Made by a program: the position numbers and the translations under genes
Notes under the pieces: generated by a model
Told to the model about the DNA's origin: nothing
The model's database searches: none
What the model saw: the letters and a program-made list of their open reading frames with translations, nothing else
Shown: positions 53,505 to 61,585 of the stretch, in pieces
Layout: every line of letters begins with the position of its first letter
Position numbering within the stretch: the stretch's first letter is position 1
NCBI GenBank assembly: GCA_934120265.1
Contig: CAKOTU010000004.1
Location: 285 to 64,284, forward strand
Direction: 5' to 3'
Source: an uncultured Bacilli bacterium
GTDB lineage: Bacteria > Bacillota_I > Bacilli_A > RF39 > UBA660
DNA length: 64,000 nucleotides

Positions 53505-55901
53505 ATGTATCCACTAGGTGATAATTTTAAATTAAAAATAAATCCTATAGCTAATAATAAAAATATTATTAAGGGCGATAGATATAGGATTACTATTTTA
53601 AGTGAAAGATTGATTAGATTTGAATATAACGAATCAGGAATATTTGAAGATTTACCAACGGAGTTTGCTTGGAATCGTAATTTTCCTGAAGTTAAATTTG
53701 ACTTAAAACAAGATTCTAGATTTTTGGAAATTACAACTTCATACTTTAAAATATCTTATACTAAAGAGAAAAATTTTAGAGGTAGTAAATTTTCTCCTGA
53801 ATCAAATTTAAAAGTTGAAGTATTAAATTCAAATTCAGTGTGGTATTATGGACATCCAGAAGTTAAAAACTATGGTTCACCTTTTACAGAAATTAATAAA
53901 GAAGAAGGAAAAATTAAATTCGCTAGAAGTTTATATTCGTTAGATGGTTTTGCAAGTTTCGATGACTCAAATTCAAAAGTTATTGAAGAAGACGGAACTA
54001 TACGTGATAGAAAAGAAAAAGAATTGGATATCTATGTTTTTGCTTATTTAAAAGATTTTTCTAAAGCTTTGAAAGACTATTTTGATTTGACAGGTTATCC
54101 TGCTTTAATCCCAAGATATGCATTAGGTAACTGGTGGAGTAGAGATTTAGAATATAATGATGAATCATTAAAAAAGTTGATAGATACATTCGAAAGAAAA
54201 AATATTCCTTTATCAATACTTTTACTTGATAATGATTGGCATAATAAGTTAGATAATACAGAAGCTGGATTTACGTTTAATAAAAAATTATTTGCCGCTC
54301 CTTACGAAATGATTTCTTATGTTCATAATAAAGGAATTAGATTGGGGCTTAGTGTAAATCCAACAGACGGCTTTTATCCTAATGATGAATTTTATAATCA
54401 GGCTACCAAGTATTTACAAAAGGATAGTAAAGGAATAATTCCATTTAACGTTCTAGCACCACGTTGGATAGATGTTTATTTAAAACTTTATATTCATCCA
54501 TTAGATGCTTTAGAGGTTGATTTCTATTGGATTAAGAATGGAACTAAGACAACTAGTACTGAACTTAATATGTTAAAACATTATCATATGTACGATATGA
54601 TGAGAAATTATAAGAGAAGACCAATGATATTAGCTAACGGAACAAGCTTGGCTGCACATAGATATCCAGTATTATATGCTGGTAAGACAACCGTTGGTTG
54701 GGATACTTTATCGCTTATGCCATTTTATAATTTAAATGCAACTAATATTGGTGTATCATTTTGGAGCCATAATATTGGTGGTTATTATAAAGGTATTGAA
54801 GATAGTGAGTTATATATAAGATTTGTTCAATTAGGAACTTTTTCACCAATATTAAAATTTGGTAGTGATGGTGGAAAATATTATAAAAGAGAACCTTGGC
54901 GTTGGGGAGTAAAAACTTATACTATTGTAAAAGATTATTTGACACTTAGACATCAGTTAATACCATATTTATATTCTGAAGCTTATAAATATCACAAATT
55001 TGGTGATCCAATGTTAATTCCTCTTTATTACAAATATCCAGAAATGTATGATGATGATATATGTTCAAAAGAGTATTATTTTGGTAGTGAATTGTTTGTT
55101 GCACCTATAACAAAGAAAAAAGATTATACGATGAATAGATCAATTCACAAAATGTATATTCCAGAAGGTGTATGGTACGACTTTGTTACTGGGAAAAAAT
55201 TCCCTGGAGGAACAAATTATGTTGGTTTCTTTAAAGATCAAGATTATCCAGTGTTTGCAAAAGCTGGGGCAATTATCCCAATGGCTAATAATGAGAAATT
55301 GAATGATACTAATCCACCACAAAATATGGAAATTCATATTTTCCCTGGAAGAAGTAATTCATATAACATCTATGAAGATGATGGTACGACTGATTTATAT
55401 TTAAAAGACTTTTATTTATTAACTAATATTGAATATAATTATTCTGTTAGTGATTATAAATTAGTTATGAAATCAGTTGAAGGTAAAGCTGGAATAGTAC
55501 CTGAAAATCGTCATTACAAATTTAGATTTAGAAATACAAAGGAACCTGCTAGTATATCTGTAACTTTTAATGGAAACCCTATTAGATTTATGACTTATGT
55601 AGATCTTAATGATTTCGTTGTAGAAATATTAGAAGTAAAATCAATTGGTAATTTAACTATTAATTTAAAAGGTGACAACCTAGAAGTAAATGCTATGAGA
55701 ATAATAAATGATGATATTGCTGAAATTATTAGTGATTTACAAATTGAAACAGAAATCAAAAATGAATTGGATAAAATATTATTTGGAGATTTATCTAATA
55801 AGAAAAAGAGAATTGAAATTCGTAAGTTAAAGAATAAAGGATTAGATAAGAAGTATATGAAATTATTCTTAAAACTATTAGAATATGTTGATGAAGTGTA
55901 G
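53505..55901 (+). CDS. GH31-family fold protein lacking the catalytic aspartates
   Basis: Aligns to remembered GH31 blocks: VDFYWIKNG (vs VDcFKtDfGE), YPVLYAGK (vs FPVHWGGD), FWSHNIGGY (vs FWSHDIGGF). The C-terminal IFPG..NSYNIYEDDG is typical of GH31. Confidence 0.75.
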   Translation: MYPLGDNFKLKINPIANNKNIIKGDRYRITILSERLIRFEYNESGIFEDLPTEFAWNRNFPEVKFDLKQDSRFLEITTSYFKISYTKEKNFRGSKFSPESNLKVEVLNSNSVWYYGHPEVKNYGSPFTEINKEEGKIKFARSLYSLDGFASFDDSNSKVIEEDGTIRDRKEKELDIYVFAYLKDFSKALKDYFDLTGYPALIPRYALGNWWSRDLEYNDESLKKLIDTFERKNIPLSILLLDNDWHNKLDNTEAGFTFNKKLFAAPYEMISYVHNKGIRLGLSVNPTDGFYPNDEFYNQATKYLQKDSKGIIPFNVLAPRWIDVYLKLYIHPLDALEVDFYWIKNGTKTTSTELNMLKHYHMYDMMRNYKRRPMILANGTSLAAHRYPVLYAGKTTVGWDTLSLMPFYNLNATNIGVSFWSHNIGGYYKGIEDSELYIRFVQLGTFSPILKFGSDGGKYYKREPWRWGVKTYTIVKDYLTLRHQLIPYLYSEAYKYHKFGDPMLIPLYYKYPEMYDDDICSKEYYFGSELFVAPITKKKDYTMNRSIHKMYIPEGVWYDFVTGKKFPGGTNYVGFFKDQDYPVFAKAGAIIPMANNEKLNDTNPPQNMEIHIFPGRSNSYNIYEDDGTTDLYLKDFYLLTNIEYNYSVSDYKLVMKSVEGKAGIVPENRHYKFRFRNTKEPASISVTFNGNPIRFMTYVDLNDFVVEILEVKSIGNLTINLKGDNLEVNAMRIINDDIAEIISDLQIETEIKNELDKILFGDLSNKKKRIEIRKLKNKGLDKKYMKLFLKLLEYVDEV

Positions 55902-55909
55902 ATTAATAA

Positions 55910-55937
55910 AAACCAATGAACAAATCATTGGTTTTTT
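55910..55937 (+). terminator. Intrinsic terminator
   Basis: aaaccaatga-acaaa-tcattggttt followed by ttt. Confidence 0.75.
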
Positions 55938-55996
55938 TGTGCTATAAAAAGGAAATCGAATACTTTTGTGGAATATTAGAAGTGAAAGGAGAAAAA

Positions 55997-56845
55997 ATGA
56001 AAGAAGATAAAATACATTTAATAAATAAGATATTTAATAATAAAATGATAAGAACTGTTTGGAATAAAGAAGAAGAGAAGTATTATATTAGTGTGGTTGA
56101 TATGATAGGGGTATTGACAGAGAGTGATAGACCCAGAAAATATTGGAATGATTTAAAGAAAAAAATTATTGATGAAGGAAATGAAGTGTCCGAAAAAATC
56201 GGACAGTTGAAATTAAAGTCATTGGATGGAAAATATCGTTTAACTGATGTATGTGATATAGAAGAAATGTTTCGAATAATAGAATCAATACCTAGTAAAA
56301 ATGCCGAGCCAATAAAACAGTGGTTAGCAAGATTAGGAGGTGAAAGAATAGATGAGACATTTGACCCATCACTGGCAATACAAAGATCAATAGATTTATA
56401 TAGAAAAAAAGGTTATGATGAAGAATGGATAATAAGAAGAATAAAAGGTATTCAAGATAGAAAAAAACTAACAGATGTGTGGAATGAAAATGGAGTAACG
56501 AAAGAAATAGAGTATGCAATATTAACAAATGAAATATATAAGGAATGGTCAGGGATGAACGCTGGTGAATATAAAGAATATAAAGGGCTTAGAAAAGAAT
56601 CATTAAGAGATAATATGTCTGATTTAGAGGTAGTACTTGCTGATATTGGTGAAATTACAACTAGAGAACTTGCCAAAAAGTATAAACCGTACGGATTAGA
56701 TAATAATCTAAAAATTGCTAAAGAAGGTGGAAAAGTTGCCAAAAATACACGGAATGATATAGAAAAAAGATTGCGTGAGTCTGTTATTAAAAATGATAAT
56801 TTATTAAAATATAAATATAACGAAAATAAAATAGAAACAAAGTAA
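55997..56845 (+). CDS. Bro-N / phage antirepressor-like DNA-binding protein
   Basis: IRTVWNKEEEKYYISVVDMIGVLTESDRPRKYWNDLKKK...IPSKNAEPIKQWLA resembles the Bro-N family. ATG at 55997 follows aaaggag. Confidence 0.55.
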   Translation: MKEDKIHLINKIFNNKMIRTVWNKEEEKYYISVVDMIGVLTESDRPRKYWNDLKKKIIDEGNEVSEKIGQLKLKSLDGKYRLTDVCDIEEMFRIIESIPSKNAEPIKQWLARLGGERIDETFDPSLAIQRSIDLYRKKGYDEEWIIRRIKGIQDRKKLTDVWNENGVTKEIEYAILTNEIYKEWSGMNAGEYKEYKGLRKESLRDNMSDLEVVLADIGEITTRELAKKYKPYGLDNNLKIAKEGGKVAKNTRNDIEKRLRESVIKNDNLLKYKYNENKIETK

Positions 56846-56889
56846 AGATAATACTTGAATAATAAAAAAAATTATAATATAATATTCTT

Positions 56890-57107
56890 ATATTAAAAGA
56901 CAAACGAAGAGAGTAGTAATAATAAATTATGTTTAGAGAAGAAGTGGTTGGTGAAAACTTCTAATAAAATATTATGAACTTGCTTTTCTAGTTGCTTATA
57001 GCCGTAGTTCTGCGTTAAAGATTTGAGAGTGTAATAAAATATTATGAAATAAGGTGGTACCGCGATTAATCGTCCTTATATTTATAATATTTTTGTTTTT
57101 TAAGGAG
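56890..57107 (+). promoter_or_regulatory. T-box leader (Leu, specifier CUU) upstream of a small membrane ORF and leuS
   Basis: Promoter TTGAAT(56855)-17-TATAAT(56878). GAAGAGAG, AGAGA bulge, distal loop GGTTGGTGAAA, specifier context atGAA-CTT-g, F-box-like GCGTTAA, T-box AAGGTGGTACCGCG. No canonical terminator is present. Confidence 0.8.
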
Positions 57108-57115
57108 GATTTTTT

Positions 57116-57460
57116 ATGAGATATATTATTATGTTTGTGGTATCGTTTTTAGTGGTTTATTTAGCATATCTTTTTACAGTTATTTTAAATAAGAAAAAAT
57201 TAAAAAAATTTGAAACTAGTAATCAAGCTTTATACTTTAACAAAAAATATAATGTTAAAGTTAGTGATAAAAATGTAAAGTTACTTGCTAATTTAGTAGC
57301 GCTTTCTAATGCATTTATTATTAGTACTACTTTAATTATTATTGATTTAGTACCAAACTATATATTAAAAGTATTAGTTGCGTTTGTAATAATAATTCCA
57401 CTAATTTTAGTTTTGTACCACATTGTTGGTTTAGTAATGTTGAAAAGAGGTAATAAATAA
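57116..57460 (+). CDS. Small membrane protein (3 predicted TM helices) between the T-box and leuS
   Basis: Strong RBS taaggagg. Its stop overlaps the leuS ATG (TAATG). Confidence 0.55.
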   Translation: MRYIIMFVVSFLVVYLAYLFTVILNKKKLKKFETSNQALYFNKKYNVKVSDKNVKLLANLVALSNAFIISTTLIIIDLVPNYILKVLVAFVIIIPLILVLYHIVGLVMLKRGNK

Positions 57461-59856
57461 TGTATGATTTTACAAAGATAGAAAAGAAATGGCAGAAGTA
57501 TTGGGAAGATAATAATACTTTTAAAACAGATATTTATGATTTTAGTAAACCTAAATATTATGCCCTAGATATGTTTCCATATCCATCTGGTGTGGGTCTT
57601 CATGCAGGACATCCAGAAGGATATACAGCAACAGACATTGTTGCACGTATGAAAAGAATGCAAGGATATAATGTTTTACATCCAATGGGATTTGATTCTT
57701 TCGGCCTTCCTGCTGAACAATTTGCTATAACAACAGGAAATCATCCAGAAGGATTTACAAAGAAAAACATTGAAACATTTAAAACACAATTAAAAATGTT
57801 AGGATTTTCTTATGATTGGGATAGAGAAGTTTCTACTTCTGACCCAGATTTTTACAAGTGGACACAATGGATATTTAAACAATTATTTTTAGATGGTTAT
57901 GCTAAATGTGTTGATATGCCAGTTAATTGGTGCGAAGAGTTAGGAACAGTTCTTGCTAATGATGAAGTTATTGATGGCAAGAGTGAGCGTGGAGGATATC
58001 CTGTTGTTAGAAAAAACATGAAGCAATGGGTTATAGATATTCCTGCTTATGCTGAAAAGTTACTTTCAGGTTTAGATGAAATTGATTGGCCTGAATCAAC
58101 TAAGGAAATTCAAAGAAATTGGATTGGAAAAAGTATAGGTGCTCATGTTGATTTTAAAGTAAAAGGTACTAATTCTAAATTTACAGTGTTTACAACACGT
58201 TGTGATACTTTATTTGGAGCAACGTATTGTGTTTTAGCACCTGAACATAAACTTGTCGATATAATAACTACCGAAGAACAAAAAGAAGCTGTTGAAAATT
58301 ATAAGAAGGCATGTGCTTCTAAATCAGATTTAGAAAGAACAGAATTAAATAAAGAAAAGACAGGAGTATTTACTGGGGCATATGCTATTAATCCTGTCAA
58401 TAATAAGGAAATACCTATTTGGATAAGCGATTATGTTTTAGCAACATATGGTACTGGAGCAATTATGGCAGTTCCTGCTCATGATGATCGTGATTATGAG
58501 TTTGCTAAGAAGTTTAATATTCCAATTATTCAAGTTCTAGATGGTGATAGTATTGAAGAACACGCTTACACTAAAGATGGTGTTCATATTAATTCTGAGT
58601 TCCTAGATGGACTTAATAAAGAAGATGCTATTAATAAAATGATTAGTTGGCTTGAAGAAAATAACTGCGGGAAAAAACAAGTTAATTATCGTTTAAGAGA
58701 TTGGATTTTTGCTCGTCAAAGATATTGGGGTGAACCAATTCCAATTATTCACTTAGAAAATGGTAAAGATATAGCGCTTGCTGATTCCGAGTTACCTTTA
58801 ATTTTACCACCATTAGAAGATTATAAAGGTAAGAATGGAAAGGCACCACTTGAAAATGCTACTGATTGGGTTAATGTAGAAGTAGATGGAATTAAAGGAA
58901 AAAGAGAAACTTCTACAATGCCTGGTAGTGCAGGTTCAAGTTGGTATTTCTTAAGATATATTGATCCACATAATAATGAATGCTTAGCTGATAAAAAATT
59001 ATTGGAACATTGGATGCCTGTTGATTTATATGTTGGTGGTCCAGAACATGCTGTTGGACATTTATTATATTCTAGAATGTGGAATAATTATTTATATGAT
59101 AAAGGAATTGTTCCAGTTAAAGAACCATTTAAAAAATTAGTACATCAAGGAATGATCTTAGGTTCAAACGGTATTAAAATGGGTAAAAGATATCCTGAAT
59201 ATGTTGTAAATCCAAACGATATTGTAAAAGAATATGGTGCTGATACATTAAGACTTTATGAGATGTTTATGGGGCCATTAGAAGCTGATAAACCATGGAA
59301 TGATGATGCTGTTGATGGTGCTAAAAAATTCTTGGATAGAATATGGAGACTTTATACTGAAGAAAATAAAATAACAGATCAAGCGAATGCAAATCTTGAA
59401 AAGATTTATCACAAAACAGTTAAGAAGGTAACTAGTGATTATGAATCTTTAAGTTTTAATACAGCTATTAGTCAAATGATGATATTTATTAATGCCATTT
59501 ATAAAGAAGAAGTATTTCCTGTAGAATATGCAAAAGGATTATTAAAACTATTAAATCCAATTGTACCACATATTACAGAAGAACTATGGAGTGAAGTATT
59601 TAAAGAACAAAATACTATCGCTTATGAACCATGGCCTACATATGATGAGTCAAAGACAATAGATGATACTTATGAATTAGTAGTTCAAGTAAATGGAAAA
59701 GTACGTGGAAAAATAGAAACACATACAGATACTACAGAAGAAGAAATGAAAGAAAAGGCTTTACAAATTGAAAATGTAAAGAAACATTTGGAAGGATTAC
59801 AAATTGTAAAAGTTGTTACTATTCCTAAAAAATTAGTTAGTATTGTTGCAAAATAG
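57460..59856 (+). CDS. leuS: Leucine--tRNA ligase
   Basis: HIGH-type motif ([12 protein letters not shown]) and a variant KMSKS-type motif (GIKMGKR), with the long editing-domain insertion. Confidence 0.95.
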   Translation: MYDFTKIEKKWQKYWEDNNTFKTDIYDFSKPKYYALDMFPYPSGVGLHAGHPEGYTATDIVARMKRMQGYNVLHPMGFDSFGLPAEQFAITTGNHPEGFTKKNIETFKTQLKMLGFSYDWDREVSTSDPDFYKWTQWIFKQLFLDGYAKCVDMPVNWCEELGTVLANDEVIDGKSERGGYPVVRKNMKQWVIDIPAYAEKLLSGLDEIDWPESTKEIQRNWIGKSIGAHVDFKVKGTNSKFTVFTTRCDTLFGATYCVLAPEHKLVDIITTEEQKEAVENYKKACASKSDLERTELNKEKTGVFTGAYAINPVNNKEIPIWISDYVLATYGTGAIMAVPAHDDRDYEFAKKFNIPIIQVLDGDSIEEHAYTKDGVHINSEFLDGLNKEDAINKMISWLEENNCGKKQVNYRLRDWIFARQRYWGEPIPIIHLENGKDIALADSELPLILPPLEDYKGKNGKAPLENATDWVNVEVDGIKGKRETSTMPGSAGSSWYFLRYIDPHNNECLADKKLLEHWMPVDLYVGGPEHAVGHLLYSRMWNNYLYDKGIVPVKEPFKKLVHQGMILGSNGIKMGKRYPEYVVNPNDIVKEYGADTLRLYEMFMGPLEADKPWNDDAVDGAKKFLDRIWRLYTEENKITDQANANLEKIYHKTVKKVTSDYESLSFNTAISQMMIFINAIYKEEVFPVEYAKGLLKLLNPIVPHITEELWSEVFKEQNTIAYEPWPTYDESKTIDDTYELVVQVNGKVRGKIETHTDTTEEEMKEKALQIENVKKHLEGLQIVKVVTIPKKLVSIVAK

Positions 59857-59878
59857 ATAGATTTTCTATCTATTTTTT
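59853..59878 (+). terminator. Intrinsic terminator after leuS
   Basis: atagatag-atttt-ctatctat followed by ttttt. Confidence 0.75.
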
Positions 59879-59908
59879 GTTATAATTTTAAACGAAAGAA
59901 GAGATACT

Positions 59909-60757
59909 ATGATAGATATAATATTAGATACTTTAGTAGATGGCTTAAAACTATTACCATTTTTATTTATTGCTTTTTTGATTATCGAATTAATAGAACA
60001 CAAATTAAATAAACAAACAAAAAAATTAGTTAGTAAATCAGGTAAAGTGGGACCACTAATTGGTAGTTTACTTGGTCTATTTCCACAATGTGGTTTTTCT
60101 GTTATGGCAACTAATTTATATGTAACAAGAATAATTACTTTAGGAACTTTAATTTCTATTTATCTAGCTACTAGTGATGAAATGTTACCAATTATGTTGT
60201 CACAAAAGATAGCCTTTATAGAAATAGTAAAACTGTTAGGAATTAAGTTTATATGTGGAATAATATGGGGATTCATTATTGATTTATTATTAAGCAAAAA
60301 AACTAAAAAGGAAAATATAAACTATGAAATATGTGATGAAGATCATTGCAATTGCCATGAAGAAGGGGTAATTAAATCAACTTTAATTCATACTTTAAAA
60401 ACATTATTGTTTATTATATTAGTTTCATTTCTATTAAATATATTATTACACTTTATAGGTGAGGATAACTTATCGAAAGTATTCTTAAAAAATAGTATCT
60501 TTGGACCATTTATATCGAGCCTTATTGGCTTAATCCCTAATTGTGGATCAAGCATTGTTATCACTGAACTTTATTTAAATGGTGCGATATCGTTAGGATC
60601 AGCTATGGCTGGACTTTTAACAGGTAGTGGAGTTGCCCTTTTAGTTTTATTTAAAGAAAATAAAGATATAAAAGAAAATGTAACTATATTGAGTTTATTA
60701 TATGGATTAGGGATTATTAGTGGAATTATAATAGAGCTAATAACAATGATATTTTAG
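59909..60757 (+). CDS. Polytopic membrane protein with duplicated P-x-CG-x-S motifs and a Cys/His-rich loop (putative metal transporter, ArsP_2-like)
   Basis: FPQCGFSVMATNLY and IPNCGSSIVITELY lie in two homologous halves. The central loop is YEICDEDHCNCHEEG. Confidence 0.5.
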   Translation: MIDIILDTLVDGLKLLPFLFIAFLIIELIEHKLNKQTKKLVSKSGKVGPLIGSLLGLFPQCGFSVMATNLYVTRIITLGTLISIYLATSDEMLPIMLSQKIAFIEIVKLLGIKFICGIIWGFIIDLLLSKKTKKENINYEICDEDHCNCHEEGVIKSTLIHTLKTLLFIILVSFLLNILLHFIGEDNLSKVFLKNSIFGPFISSLIGLIPNCGSSIVITELYLNGAISLGSAMAGLLTGSGVALLVLFKENKDIKENVTILSLLYGLGIISGIIIELITMIF

Positions 60758-60842
60758 TTAGTAAAAAATAGTATTTTAGATACTATTTTTTAAAATTACA
60801 ATCGGATTAAAAGAAAATGGTAAGTCGTTTGACCTGCCATTT

Positions 60843-61406
60843 TTAGTTTATATTATCTGGAATTAATATTTTTAGATATTCCATAATTTGATCTTTAGTA
60901 TACTTAGAACTATCACTTAACCATTCAACACCTAAGTTAATAACACCACCTAAATAGAATTTAGCAATTATATCACTAGGTACTTTTTTGCTAATACTAT
61001 CAGTTTTGATTTTATTTAAAATATCTTCGTTAACAACGCTTAGTAAAATATCCATCATTATGCTATTACGATTGTTAATCATGATAGAACTATAAACATT
61101 TTTTTTACTTTCAATATGATCTAAAAATAATTCAATTAATTTTATATAATATTCTCTAGTATTTAGGTTATTACTATTTTTATTAAGTTCATTGACAAAC
61201 TCCTCTTTTAGATTACTAATAAAATCTACTAGTAGTTCGTATTTGTCTTCATAGTGGGCATAGAAAGTAGAACGATTAATCATGGCTTTAGAACAAATAT
61301 CAGAGACTTTTATTTCTTCAAAAGTTTTGTCTTTCATTAAGTCTATTAAGGTTTGATAGAGTAAGTTTTTAGTCTTAACAACGCGTAAATCTTTTTTCTT
61401 TTCCAT
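60843..61406 (-). CDS. TetR/AcrR-family transcriptional regulator
   Basis: N-terminal HTH: FEEIKVSDICSKAMINRSTFYAHYEDKYELL. Divergent from the MMPL gene. Confidence 0.85.
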   Translation of the reverse strand: MEKKKDLRVVKTKNLLYQTLIDLMKDKTFEEIKVSDICSKAMINRSTFYAHYEDKYELLVDFISNLKEEFVNELNKNSNNLNTREYYIKLIELFLDHIESKKNVYSSIMINNRNSIMMDILLSVVNEDILNKIKTDSISKKVPSDIIAKFYLGGVINLGVEWLSDSSKYTKDQIMEYLKILIPDNIN

Positions 61407-61430
61407 TTATATCACCAACTATATTATATG

Positions 61431-61480
61431 CATAAAAACCAACATATGTAAAGATAAATTACATTTTGTTGGTTTTTATG
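61431..61480. repeat. Long inverted repeat in the TetR/MMPL divergent intergenic region
   Basis: cataaaaaccaac (61431-61443) pairs with gttggtttttatg (61468-61480). An inner atgtaa/ttacat pair is also present. Confidence 0.7.
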
Positions 61481-61585
61481 TATACATATTTAACGAAATG
61501 TTGGAAAACATACATTTTAATAAATATGTTTGTGTTCAAAGAAATAAGTTTGTAATAAACTATCATAGTGGATGGAGGGAAAAAT

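Noticed and set aside
55997-56845. The Bro-N-like gene considered as a marker of an integrated prophage.
   Set aside because: No integrase, terminase, capsid, tail or lysis genes lie nearby, and there are no att-like direct repeats. I treat it as an isolated, possibly domesticated, regulator.
61431-61480. The long hairpin considered as an intrinsic terminator.
   Set aside because: It lies between divergently transcribed genes, so no transcript should need terminating there. It also lacks a proper U-run on either side.
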